A program made the position numbers and the translations under genes. From Thermoanaerobaculales bacterium (GTDB lineage Bacteria > Acidobacteriota > Thermoanaerobaculia > Thermoanaerobaculales > Sulfomarinibacteraceae), in NCBI GenBank assembly GCA_029287235.1, contig JARFRM010000224.1, positions 10,452-74,451 of the forward strand: DNA of 64,000 bases, in the 5' to 3' direction. Shown piece by piece: positions 1 to 9,783 of this stretch. Below the pieces are notes generated by a model. It saw only the letters and a list, made by a program, of their open reading frames with translations, had not been told where the DNA came from and did not search any database. Positions within the stretch are counted from its first letter, which is position 1. Every line of letters starts with the position of its first letter.

Positions 1-93
1 CGACCCGACTGTGGTCGGTCGGCGCCGGTCGACGACCCGATCAGCCGCCTACGGTCAACCCTGTACACTCGTCGATGATCGAAGATTGAGTCC

Positions 94-765
94 ATGCCAA
101 CCTCGAATTTCCATCAGATCAGTGATGTCGTCGAGCTGATCGTCGCCGCCGATCCACGATCCATCCTCGATGTGGGGGTCGGTTTCGGCAAGTACGGTGT
201 CCTCGCCCGTGAGTATCTCGAGCTACTCGACGGCCGTGCGGTCTACGGCGACTGGCGGCGGCGAATCGATGGAGTCGAGATCTTCCCGGGCTATCTCACG
301 GGTCTCCACGAAACCGTCTACGATCAGATCATCGTGGGCGATGGCGCGAAGATCCTCCCCGGGCTCGGGGGACAGGACTACGATCTGGTGCTGCTCATCG
401 ACGTCATCGAGCACTTCGACCGGCCCACCGGCGACGAGATTCTCCGTCAAAGCCTTCGGGTCGGCCGGAACGTCATCGTCAGCACACCGCTCGGCTTCTT
501 CACCCAGGAGGGGTACGACAACCCCAACGAACAGCATCGATCCTTCTGGTCGCGACGAGACCTGAGATCCACCGGCCACCCATCATTCTTCCTCCCGGAA
601 ACCCACGCTCTCCTCGGATTCATCGGCCGGGACTCGGCACGGGTTAGGGCCCGGGTCCTCCGTCTCGACCGGCGGCTGAAGAGGTCGATGGCGGTTCTCG
701 TTCGTCCGCTGCGAACCGTCAGACGACTGCTGTCACTAACCCCGAGAAACCAAGGGCCTCCATGA
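94..765 (+). CDS. Class I SAM-dependent methyltransferase
   Basis: Motif I ILDVGVGFG and DLVLLIDVIEH; stop overlaps the next start (ATGA). Confidence 0.8.
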   Translation: MPTSNFHQISDVVELIVAADPRSILDVGVGFGKYGVLAREYLELLDGRAVYGDWRRRIDGVEIFPGYLTGLHETVYDQIIVGDGAKILPGLGGQDYDLVLLIDVIEHFDRPTGDEILRQSLRVGRNVIVSTPLGFFTQEGYDNPNEQHRSFWSRRDLRSTGHPSFFLPETHALLGFIGRDSARVRARVLRLDRRLKRSMAVLVRPLRTVRRLLSLTPRNQGPP

Positions 766-1466
766 CGTTCGTGCAACGCGCTGTCGCCCGGCTGTGGCGT
801 CTCGGCCTGCGTCTCAAGTTCGTCCTCTTCCAGCGCCATCGCCATGACCGCCAGGTGCGAGAGGAGATCGGGGGATTGTCCATCCAGATCCTCCCCGGCG
901 TCTTCAACCCGACTCTTTTCCGGGTCACCCCGGTCTTCCTCGAGTGGCTGACCGAGGGGCTCGTCCCCGCCGGCTCACGGGTGCTCGATGTGGGCACCGG
1001 CAGCGGGGTCCTCGCCATCGCCGCGGCGTCGGCGGGGGCCCTGGTGGTGGCGGTGGACAGCAACCCCGCCGCCGTCGACTGCGCCCGAATCAACGCCGGG
1101 ACCAACGGAGTGGACGACCGGGTCGAGATCCGCCTCGGCGACCTCTTCGAACCGGTGACCGGGGAGAAATTCGATCTCGTCCTCTGCAACCCGCCGTACT
1201 TTCCGGGTCAGCCCACGACACCTCTTGAAACGGCCTTTCGCGCCGGCGACTTCGGCCGCCGCTTCGCCCGTGATCTCGGTGACCACCTCGCGGAAAGCGG
1301 TCGCGCGCTGGTCGTCCTGTCGAGCCTGGGCGATGAACCGGCCTTCCTCACGGCCTTCGCCGATGCCGGCCTGGAGGTCGAGATCCTCCGACGTCGCAAT
1401 CTGGTGTCGGAGATCGCGACCCTCTTCGAGGTCTATTCACCATCCGATGGTTCACGGTCAAGATAG
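762..1466 (+). CDS. HemK/PrmC-like methyltransferase (NPPY type)
   Basis: VLDVGTGSG motif I, GDLFEP and CNPPY amide/amine N-methyltransferase motif. Confidence 0.8.
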   Translation: MTFVQRAVARLWRLGLRLKFVLFQRHRHDRQVREEIGGLSIQILPGVFNPTLFRVTPVFLEWLTEGLVPAGSRVLDVGTGSGVLAIAAASAGALVVAVDSNPAAVDCARINAGTNGVDDRVEIRLGDLFEPVTGEKFDLVLCNPPYFPGQPTTPLETAFRAGDFGRRFARDLGDHLAESGRALVVLSSLGDEPAFLTAFADAGLEVEILRRRNLVSEIATLFEVYSPSDGSRSR

Positions 1467-1495
1467 CCCAGATCGCGGAGGGCCTCCGTTGAATC

Positions 1496-2980
1496 TCAAA
1501 AACCACTCGTTTCGGGTCGCTGATAACGCATCACGTGGTGGAGCAGATCGAGTTCCAGCGGCCAGGCGTAGGCTCGGGTGTGATACCGCCAGGCCGAGAC
1601 GGCGCGCAGCAGCCTTCGCCGCGCCGGGGTCAGCCGGGTCATGGTCGAGGTCGGATAGTAGGCGTTGAGCACCCTTTCGAAGTGGCGGATCCTGCTCCGA
1701 AGGCTGCGCCCCACCCACGGCATGGCGTCGCTGCGCCGCTGGACGAAATCGAGCCAATCCGGGCCGGTCCAGTCCTCGAGGGTCTCGGGAAAGGCGAAGC
1801 CGCGCGCCCTGACCTGGTCGTAGAGATCGCCCGCCAGGGGTACCGGTGTGTACATGTAGAGGATGATCTCAGTGACCGGGTTGAGCTTCTTGACCCGGCG
1901 GATGAAATCCATGGTGTTTCGGGCATCCGCTTCGGGATCCGGCGGGTTCCCGAGGACGAAGCTGAGCTCGGGAATGATCCCCAGCCCACCCAGCTTCTCG
2001 ACCAGCTCGAGGGTCATCTCGGGAGCGAGCCGGCCACCCTTGTCCATCAGCTCGAGGGTCTCCGAAGAGCCCGATTCGGCGCCGAGGAAGATCATCTTGA
2101 GACCGGCGTCGCGCATTGCCCGCAAACTCGAATCCGAGTATCTCAGCAGGGTGTCGATCCGGCCCTCGCCCCACCACGCCATCCCGAGGGATCGGATGCG
2201 GTCGGAGAACTCGGCGACCCGATCTTCGTCGACAAAGAAGTTGTTGTCGACGAGCTCCACCGCATCCACTCTCCACCGCCGGTGATAGGTCTCGAAGACC
2301 CCGGCGACCCGTCGGGCGCTCTGGGCTCGCCACTTGCCACCCACGAGATTGACCACTGCGCAGAAGTTGCAGAAGTAGGGACAGCCATAGCTCGAGGCAT
2401 AACCCACCGTCCGGCGACCGAGGAAGGTGTCGCGGAGGTAGCGCTCCATGGGCACCCGATCGAAATTCCACTCGGGCAGCTCGTCGGGGCGGGGCACCGG
2501 CCCCCGGTCGTTGGATCGAGGCTCACCCGACGGATCTCGCCAGGCCAGACCCGCGATCTCGTCGCCGGGTCGCCCGCCGTCGAGGGCGTCGAGGAGTTCG
2601 AGAAAGACCTGCTCGCCGTGGCCGCGAACAACCAGGTCCACCAACGGCGATTTCAGACATGATTCCCAGTGCTGCGATGGAAAATAACCCGCCCACACCA
2701 CGGTCAACTTGGGGTGACGCTCCTTGAGCTCGCGACAGACCGGCAGCGCGTGCTCGAGCTGAGGCCCCGGCATGACCGTGACCGCCAGGATGGTCTTCAC
2801 ATCGGTGTCGATCTCATCCTCGATGGCCGCCACCGCATCATCGATGAGATTGCCATCGACGATCACGTAGGGGTACCTGCTCTCGAGCACCGCGCCGACG
2901 GCGAGCAGCGACATGGGCAACACCGGGGTCCGGCCGGCCGATGACCGCGGGTTGAAGAGGACGACCTTGGAGACGGTCAT
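1496..2980 (-). CDS. B12-binding (class B) radical SAM protein
   Basis: N-terminal cobalamin-binding Rossmann domain (VVRGHGE), CPYFCNFC, GAESGS; the start at 2980 gives an ATGA overlap with the upstream gene. Confidence 0.88.
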   Translation of the reverse strand: MTVSKVVLFNPRSSAGRTPVLPMSLLAVGAVLESRYPYVIVDGNLIDDAVAAIEDEIDTDVKTILAVTVMPGPQLEHALPVCRELKERHPKLTVVWAGYFPSQHWESCLKSPLVDLVVRGHGEQVFLELLDALDGGRPGDEIAGLAWRDPSGEPRSNDRGPVPRPDELPEWNFDRVPMERYLRDTFLGRRTVGYASSYGCPYFCNFCAVVNLVGGKWRAQSARRVAGVFETYHRRWRVDAVELVDNNFFVDEDRVAEFSDRIRSLGMAWWGEGRIDTLLRYSDSSLRAMRDAGLKMIFLGAESGSSETLELMDKGGRLAPEMTLELVEKLGGLGIIPELSFVLGNPPDPEADARNTMDFIRRVKKLNPVTEIILYMYTPVPLAGDLYDQVRARGFAFPETLEDWTGPDWLDFVQRRSDAMPWVGRSLRSRIRHFERVLNAYYPTSTMTRLTPARRRLLRAVSAWRYHTRAYAWPLELDLLHHVMRYQRPETSGF

Positions 2981-4476
2981 GGGTCGTCCCGCCGCGCCCG
3001 CTCCTCGGATGAGCCCCATCCCCGTCCGCTCGCCGCCACCCCGTCCTCCTCGCATTCATTGCGGCTCAGCCACATCCCGAGACGGCTGGCGCGCGCCGTC
3101 AACCAACGGCGCAGCTCGTCCAGCCGCCGGCTCTCGGTCCGTGCCCGGTGCGCGCGGACCTCGTTAACCATCCACCGAGTGGCGTGGCGATAGTAGCGGC
3201 GCGAGTGGCGGCCACCAATGCGAAGGTCGCGGTCGGTCCGCTCGGACCAGGGCCCACCGATGGCGAGGCGCGTTTCCACCTCTCGGTAGTAATCGGTGCC
3301 GCGGATGGGGTAGGCGACGGTGGTCAGAAAAACGTCGGGCGAACTCGTCTTGAGGTGCTCGACGGTGGCCTCGAGATCCTCCACCTCCTCTCCCTCATAG
3401 CCGAGCATGATGAACATCCCGACCTCGATTCCACGCGAGCGCAGGAGTGCGGTCTTGGCCTGGATATCTTCCACCGTTGCCCGCCGCCCCATGCGGTCAA
3501 GGATCTTCTGCGAGCCGCTCTCCGAACCGATCCAGAGCCGGCGGCAGCCCATCTCGGCCAGCGCATCGGCAACCCCTTCATCGATCCGGTCGGCCCGGCT
3601 GATGCATTCAAAGGGGACCCGAAGACCCCGTCTGCCGAGCTCTGCGGCCAGAGTCGCGACCCACGGCCGGTTGAGGGTGAAGACATCATCGGCGTACCAG
3701 AGTTGATCCGGCTGATAGCGCTCGGCAAGGTGAGCGATCTCGTCGGCCACCTCGCCGACCCGGCGTCGCCGGTGGCTGCGACCGTAAACATCGTGCGAGC
3801 ACCAGCGGCAGGTGTAGGGACAGCCGCGAGAGGTCACCAGCGAGATCGACGAGCCGCCGTGGTGCTCGCGCCAGGTCTCGAGATAGCGATCGAGTTCGAT
3901 GGCGTCGCGATCGGGCCAGGGCTGGGCCGAGAGATCGCGGATCTGCTCCCGGGGCGGCGTCGCCACGACGTGGTTGCCGGAGTCGAGGAAGCGGAGGCCG
4001 TGGATCGCCTCGAGACCGTCGAGGCCCCTCTCGGGCAAGTGCCGGAGGAGCTCCGAGAGAGTCCGCTCACCCTCACCGACGACGACCACGTGGGCGCCAT
4101 GGGCGAGATACTCCACGGCGTTGGGCGCCGGTTCGGGTCCGCCCACCACCACCCATGAACCACGCTCCCGGCACAGGGCGATGAGCTCGAGCACCCGCGA
4201 ACGGGTCATGAGGGTGGCGTAGAGCCCCACCACCGCCGGCCGAACCGCCGTGAGGTGATCTTCGAAATCCTCCGGTGCGGCAAAGGTGCTGTCGTGAATC
4301 TCGACTCCGAACCCCTCCGCCTTGAGGTGGGACGAGAGGTAGAGCAGGCCCAGGGGCGGGTAGGGCATCATGATCTCCCGCTCGTGCTCGTCTGCCGCCA
4401 GACAGTAGCCGTGGGAGAGCAGGAGATCGCAGCCGCGGCCGGAACCGCCTGGAACGTCGGGTTCAATTCGGATCAC
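2977..4476 (-). CDS. B12-binding (class B) radical SAM protein
   Basis: YPPLGLLYL, VVGEGE, SRGCPYTCRWC, GSESGS, YPIRGT. Confidence 0.9.
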   Translation of the reverse strand: MIRIEPDVPGGSGRGCDLLLSHGYCLAADEHEREIMMPYPPLGLLYLSSHLKAEGFGVEIHDSTFAAPEDFEDHLTAVRPAVVGLYATLMTRSRVLELIALCRERGSWVVVGGPEPAPNAVEYLAHGAHVVVVGEGERTLSELLRHLPERGLDGLEAIHGLRFLDSGNHVVATPPREQIRDLSAQPWPDRDAIELDRYLETWREHHGGSSISLVTSRGCPYTCRWCSHDVYGRSHRRRRVGEVADEIAHLAERYQPDQLWYADDVFTLNRPWVATLAAELGRRGLRVPFECISRADRIDEGVADALAEMGCRRLWIGSESGSQKILDRMGRRATVEDIQAKTALLRSRGIEVGMFIMLGYEGEEVEDLEATVEHLKTSSPDVFLTTVAYPIRGTDYYREVETRLAIGGPWSERTDRDLRIGGRHSRRYYRHATRWMVNEVRAHRARTESRRLDELRRWLTARASRLGMWLSRNECEEDGVAASGRGWGSSEERARRDDP

Positions 4477-4527
4477 GGAGGGCCATTATAGGGCTGGATT
4501 ACCGTCGCGCCGTATTAGGCTTGGGGC

Positions 4528-5343
4528 GTGACCCATGTCCCCACCCCCGCCCCCTTCGACGACGCGGCCGAAGAATACGACCAGCGCTTCACCGCCACCG
4601 AGATCGGTCGGGTGCTGCGCCGATCGGTGTGGCGTCATCTCGATGAGGCTTTGGCTCCCGGATCGAAGGTGCTCGAACTGGGCTGCGGCACCGGGGAGGA
4701 TGCGCTCTGGCTGGCCGGCCGCGGTCACCGGGTGCTCGCCACCGACGCCTCAACCGCCATGCTCGACCAGGCGCGTCGAAAGATCGAAGGCGCCGATCTC
4801 CTCGACCGGGTTCGCTTCGAGAGGCTCGATCTGACGGCGATCGCATCCCAGCCGGACCCACCCGACGCTCCCTTCGATGCGGTCTTCTCAAACTTCGGCG
4901 TCCTCAACTGCGTCGAGGACTGTCACGATCTCGCCCGGGTCCTTCACCGGTGGATCCGCCCGGGTGGCCGCGCCGTTTTCGTGGTCATGGGTCCCCGGTG
5001 TCTCTGGGAGCTCGGCTGGTACGGCTTGCACCTTCGTCTGCCCACCGCCACTCGGAGGTGGCGCGGCGGTCGGCCGGTGACCATCGACCAGGGCCACAGT
5101 CTCCGAGTCTGGTATCCGGGCCCGGCGCGGCTCAAACACCGGCTGAGACCGTGGTTCGAGGCCCGTCAGACTCTGGGGATCGGTGCGCTGGTGCCGCCGA
5201 CCTATGCTGCGGCGGTGATTCGCAATCGCCCCGGACTCCTCCGCCGACTCGACGAACTCGACCGTCGATGGGCCCACCGCCTTTCGGGGATCGCCGATCA
5301 CTATCTTCTCTCACTCGAACGGGTTGATCATGTCGCGAGTTGA
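4528..5343 (+). CDS. Class I SAM-dependent methyltransferase
   Basis: VLELGCGTGED, FDAVFSNFG, RPGG. Confidence 0.85.
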   Translation: MTHVPTPAPFDDAAEEYDQRFTATEIGRVLRRSVWRHLDEALAPGSKVLELGCGTGEDALWLAGRGHRVLATDASTAMLDQARRKIEGADLLDRVRFERLDLTAIASQPDPPDAPFDAVFSNFGVLNCVEDCHDLARVLHRWIRPGGRAVFVVMGPRCLWELGWYGLHLRLPTATRRWRGGRPVTIDQGHSLRVWYPGPARLKHRLRPWFEARQTLGIGALVPPTYAAAVIRNRPGLLRRLDELDRRWAHRLSGIADHYLLSLERVDHVAS

Positions 5344-6262
5344 TTTTCGTTGGGTCTGCCCGGAGTGCCGCAACCCCCTCGAACCGGCCGGCGGGGACGG
5401 TCTGAAGTGTCCGGCGGACGGTTTCGACTTCGGCCGGCGGGACGGGATCCTCAGCCTGCTCACCGACAAACGGTTCGACCACTACCATCGGTTCCTCGAG
5501 GAGTACCGGACGGTCCGCCGCGCCGAGGACCGCGGCGTCGATGAGAGCGCGAGCTACCGCGCGCTCCCCTTTGCCGATCTCCAGGGCAATCACCGGGCCG
5601 AGTGGCGGATCCGGGCCGCCTCCTTCCACGCGATGATGGAGCTTGTGGTGGCGCCCATGGCCGACGACGCCGGGTCTTTGACCGTCGCCGATCTCGGCGC
5701 CGGCAACACCTGGATGTCCCGCCGGTTGGCGCTCGCGGGTCACCGGGTCGTGGCGGTGGATCTCCACACCGATCCGACCGACGGACTCGGCGCCCGGGTC
5801 CTCTCCGAGTTCGACTTCTCCGCCGTCCAGGCCGAGTTCGACCGCCTGCCCATCCCCGATGGGGTCTGCGATCTCGCCATTTTCAACGGCGCCATCCACT
5901 ACTCGACGAACCCGGCCACCACCATTGCTGAGGCTCTTCGGGTCCTGCGGCCCGGTGGCGCCGTGATCATCCTCGACACCCCGGTCTACCGATCGGCCGC
6001 CGCCGGGGAAGAGATGGTGGCGGAGCGACAAGAAGCCTTCGTTCAGCGTTTCGGCTTCGCGTCCGACTCCATCGAGTGCCGCGGATTTCTCACTTTCGAC
6101 GATCTCGAGGACTTCGGTCGGGTCCTCGATCTCGACTGGCGGTGCCACCGACCGTACTATGGTCTTCGCTGGGGGTTGCGCCCCCTGTTGGCGGCCATCC
6201 GAGGCCGTCGCGCGCCGGCGACCTTCCTCGTCGTCTGGGCGCACACCCGGGCAAGAACCTGA
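5330..6262 (+). CDS. SAM methyltransferase with N-terminal Trm112-like Zn-ribbon
   Basis: CPECRNPL...CPADG N-terminus, then DLGAGN and LRVLRPGG. Confidence 0.8.
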   Translation: MSRVDFRWVCPECRNPLEPAGGDGLKCPADGFDFGRRDGILSLLTDKRFDHYHRFLEEYRTVRRAEDRGVDESASYRALPFADLQGNHRAEWRIRAASFHAMMELVVAPMADDAGSLTVADLGAGNTWMSRRLALAGHRVVAVDLHTDPTDGLGARVLSEFDFSAVQAEFDRLPIPDGVCDLAIFNGAIHYSTNPATTIAEALRVLRPGGAVIILDTPVYRSAAAGEEMVAERQEAFVQRFGFASDSIECRGFLTFDDLEDFGRVLDLDWRCHRPYYGLRWGLRPLLAAIRGRRAPATFLVVWAHTRART

Positions 6263-6295
6263 CAACGGATTTCCCAACGAGTCGCCGGGCTGCAC

Positions 6296-7537
6296 CTACG
6301 GTGATCTCGACACGTTCCGATCCCGCTGCATCCCCCAAATGGCGCCCCAGAGCAGCCATTGGGCCGTGGTGCCGGCCGCGAGGGCGCCGGCCATCCCGAA
6401 CGGCCGCACCAAGATGATGGTGAGGACGATGTTGACGGCGGCGCCGGCAAAGCTCGCGAGAGCGACATCACGCTCGCGGTCGCGCTTGTAGAGCAGGTAG
6501 ACCATCGGTAGAGTGCCGTAAACCGGCAGGGAATAGCACGCGCCCAGGACGAGAAGGGTCAGCGGGAGATCCAGCCCGTAGATCCTGTTGAGCACCAGAT
6601 GGGCCGCGGGAACCGCGACCACCAGAACCGCAACCCCCGCCGCGAGCAGTCGCCGCGCCTCCCGCCGGCCGGCGTCATCGGGCGCGCGATAGAACTCGCG
6701 AAGGAAGGGGGTGACCGCAATGGCGGCCAGGCTCTGGACGGCGATGAAGAAGCTCAACAGTACCTGGTAGGCGCCGATCTCGGCGTGGCTGAGAGTGGCG
6801 GTAACCACCAGGAGATCGGCCTTGGAAACCAAGAGACCGCTGAAACCGGTGAGGAAAAAGGGGGTCGCCTCCACCAGGTGGCGGGGATCGAATACCACCG
6901 AGACACCGTCGAAGATCACCCGCGAGTAGGCCGCCAGCCCCACGGCCAATCTCGCGATCAATCCGAGGACCACAGCCTTGACCACAAAGGCCACATCGAT
7001 GGTCGGCCCGCGACTCAGCAGGAGGACGGTGGTCACCAGCAGACCTACAACCTCGGCCGAGACCGCCACCCCGAACCGCCGGGTGAAGAGGACCACTACG
7101 GTGAGGGCCTGGTGACCAAGGGCCGCGGCCAACCAGAGCACGGTCCATCCGAGGTCCCCACCGCGGAGACCGAGGGCGACACATCCCGCGACGGCGACGA
7201 CGAGAAATGAACCACGGGTGACGAGCGATCGCCGCCACAGCGACCCGAGAGCCCCGGGGTCGCGACTGAAGGCCCGCAGGAGATACTCGTGGTTGCCCCA
7301 GGCGAGGATATGGACGGTCAGGGTCACGACCACCAGTCGGACAACGAACTCGCCCCAGACCTCGGCCGAGGCCATGGAGATGACTACATATGAAACGACG
7401 AAGTTGGCCAGTGGAACGATCACATGACGGGCGCCGTTGCCGGCGACGATCCACACCCGGGCCCAGGTCGTCAGCGCATCCGGTACCTCCTCCCCCGCCG
7501 ACTCGGAGCCGGTGGTGCCGGGAAGGTGCTGCGTCAT
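6296..7537 (-). CDS. Wzx/MATE-like oligosaccharide flippase
   Basis: About 12 hydrophobic segments and C-terminal VNIVLTIILVRPFGMAGALAA typical of polysaccharide exporters; adjacent to a glycosyltransferase. Confidence 0.75.
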   Translation of the reverse strand: MTQHLPGTTGSESAGEEVPDALTTWARVWIVAGNGARHVIVPLANFVVSYVVISMASAEVWGEFVVRLVVVTLTVHILAWGNHEYLLRAFSRDPGALGSLWRRSLVTRGSFLVVAVAGCVALGLRGGDLGWTVLWLAAALGHQALTVVVLFTRRFGVAVSAEVVGLLVTTVLLLSRGPTIDVAFVVKAVVLGLIARLAVGLAAYSRVIFDGVSVVFDPRHLVEATPFFLTGFSGLLVSKADLLVVTATLSHAEIGAYQVLLSFFIAVQSLAAIAVTPFLREFYRAPDDAGRREARRLLAAGVAVLVVAVPAAHLVLNRIYGLDLPLTLLVLGACYSLPVYGTLPMVYLLYKRDRERDVALASFAGAAVNIVLTIILVRPFGMAGALAAGTTAQWLLWGAIWGMQRDRNVSRSP

Positions 7538-8604
7538 CGCGCCGTCCCCGCGGTTCGATACAGCATTGCCAGGCCATCGGCCGTTTCGTCTTCTGAAAAC
7601 AACATCACCGCCTCGGTTCCAGGGGGGTCATCCAACGTTTCCTCGACCGCCGCCGCAAAGCATTGGGTGGACTCGCAGAGCCTCCACCGGGGGGAGGCCT
7701 GGGCTGCTCCAACCGGTCGTGAAAGCACCGTCATGCCGTTGGCCAGGGCCTCGGAGAAGACAAAACCGAAGCTCTCATAGTGCGAGGGATGGATGAGGAT
7801 CTTCGATCGGCACATCCGTTCGAGCACCTCAGCTCGCGGCAACTGACCCTCTAGGCGGACACGATCCGTCAGCCCGAGCTCGAGGACCTGCCCCTCGAGG
7901 GCCGCGCGCCGGGGCCCATCGCCGATGATGACCGTTCGGCACACACGTCCTCGACTTTCAAGCTCGGCCGCGGTGTGGATCAGCGCAGTGAAGTCCTTGT
8001 TCTCGGTCAGTGACCCGACCCCGAGAAGATCGATGGGACGGTCGTTCCACCCGGGCGGGTCCTCCTTCGAGGGGTCCAGACCCCAGGGAATCACCAGATC
8101 CGCTGCACGGTTAATGGTGCCGGCCACCTCGACCGAGGCCCTCTCCGAAACCGAAGTCAGCCGTGCGCCGCGGAGCGGCAGGAATCGGAGCCAGCGATTG
8201 CTCGGCCGCGCGTCCTGACCCATCACGGTGGCGATGAATGGGCGGCCGATCCTCCGAGAAACCCACCAACCGACCCATGCGGTGTCACCGAGCCACAGGG
8301 CGTGAATGGCGTCGAACGGATGTCTGGAATGACGGCGGCGGATTGCCCTCGACGCCCGGGCGAGCGCGGCCAGACGCAGCGGCAAGGACCGGTTCCCACC
8401 CCCGACGGGCAGCACTCCCAGGTCGTGCCAGCGGTACGGCCGGAAGCGGTTGGGATAGTGGAGCGCGACCACGGTGATGCGGATATCAGGATGGCGCCGG
8501 CGCAGACGCTGGAGGGCGATCTGCAGCGGTGGGATGCATGAGGTGTCGGCCTCGTCCCCGGGAAAACCGGGGGTGATCAGGGCGATGCGCCGTCTACCGA
8601 GCAT
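7534..8604 (-). CDS. Glycosyltransferase family 4 (GT-B)
   Basis: VGSLTENKD and PSHYESFGFVFSEALANG (ExFGxxxxE) motif. Confidence 0.88.
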   Translation of the reverse strand: MLGRRRIALITPGFPGDEADTSCIPPLQIALQRLRRRHPDIRITVVALHYPNRFRPYRWHDLGVLPVGGGNRSLPLRLAALARASRAIRRRHSRHPFDAIHALWLGDTAWVGWWVSRRIGRPFIATVMGQDARPSNRWLRFLPLRGARLTSVSERASVEVAGTINRAADLVIPWGLDPSKEDPPGWNDRPIDLLGVGSLTENKDFTALIHTAAELESRGRVCRTVIIGDGPRRAALEGQVLELGLTDRVRLEGQLPRAEVLERMCRSKILIHPSHYESFGFVFSEALANGMTVLSRPVGAAQASPRWRLCESTQCFAAAVEETLDDPPGTEAVMLFSEDETADGLAMLYRTAGTAR

Positions 8605-8610
8605 CCCGCC

Positions 8611-9783
8611 TCAGAAGGCGCTGCAGCAGCGCGAACAGGCCGGCAGCAAGCCGCCTGCCCGGTTGAGGGTCTTGCGGAAACGTCCGAGCTCCGCCGAGTT
8701 CCAGATCTCAGGCAGAGTCGTTTCGTGGAGATTCCCGACCGTCACGTCGTAACACCTTCCATGGGCGGGAATCACCCGGCCGTCGGATTTGACCATCAGG
8801 GCCCTGCAGGCGTCGCCGCACGAGCGGCCGATGAGCTCGGCCGGCCGGTTGTAGAAACGATCGAGAGCGGCCGCACCCCGCAGGTTGGGCGAGAAGCTCA
8901 CCGGGAACGGCCACTGTCGGCTCTCGATGGCGGCGAGCTCGGCCTCGAGCAGCGGCAGATCCATGTCGGCCGGATCGAACGGACCTAGGTTCGACGTGGT
9001 GGCGGGGTAGCTCGAACCGTAGATCGAATTGTGGCTGCGGACCACGGCTTCGGTGGTGAAATTGGGGTGCATGAACCCGATCTGCTCGAGCGGTAGGTGG
9101 GAGAGCACCTCCAGGAATGAGATCAGGCGCCCCTGATTCCACGGCGTGATGACGCAGAAGACCGAGATCCTCGGCCGGGGATCTGCGGCGACCAGGACAT
9201 CGACCCCGGCGACAGCTCTGTCGAACGAGCCCGCACGGCCCCTGATCTCGTCGTGGATCTCGGGAGGGCCATCCAGGGAGAGAAAGAGATCGTCAAGACC
9301 CGCCGCCGCCAACTCACTCGCCGAGCTCTTGAGGGTCAGCCCGTTGGTGGTCACCGCACTCGACAGCCCGCGGGCGGTGGCGAGCCCAACCGCCTCCACA
9401 AGATGAGGGTAGATCAGAGGCTCGGTGAAGGCGAAGCCCAACCGAGCCGAGGGGAAGTGCCGCTCGGTCTGCACGACGATCCGTTCCACCAATTCAATGG
9501 GCATGTCGCGCGGCGAAGAGCCCACGAGGTTGCGCGCGAAATTGGTTTCGGTCTCCGCCTGACCCACATCGCACATCCGGCATCGGAGGTTGCAGACGTT
9601 GTTGACCCCGAGGACCAGCCACTCGGGGCCGTAGAGCAGCCGCCCGGGAAGCAACCGACTGTTGGTCCGGCGCAGCCGGTCACCGAGGGTGGCCGTCGCT
9701 CGGGCCAGGATGCCTCTCACGCGTGCAGTCGGGAATTCGGCGCCGAGTTCCCTCTCCGGCCCCCCGGTCTCCGGTGTCGTCAT
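8611..9783 (-). CDS. Radical SAM protein with SPASM/twitch domain
   Basis: CNLRCRMC, SLDGPPEIHDEIRG, C-terminal C...DGRV...C...GNL...CSRCC; the start at 9783 gives an ATGA overlap. Confidence 0.85.
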   Translation of the reverse strand: MTTPETGGPERELGAEFPTARVRGILARATATLGDRLRRTNSRLLPGRLLYGPEWLVLGVNNVCNLRCRMCDVGQAETETNFARNLVGSSPRDMPIELVERIVVQTERHFPSARLGFAFTEPLIYPHLVEAVGLATARGLSSAVTTNGLTLKSSASELAAAGLDDLFLSLDGPPEIHDEIRGRAGSFDRAVAGVDVLVAADPRPRISVFCVITPWNQGRLISFLEVLSHLPLEQIGFMHPNFTTEAVVRSHNSIYGSSYPATTSNLGPFDPADMDLPLLEAELAAIESRQWPFPVSFSPNLRGAAALDRFYNRPAELIGRSCGDACRALMVKSDGRVIPAHGRCYDVTVGNLHETTLPEIWNSAELGRFRKTLNRAGGLLPACSRCCSAF

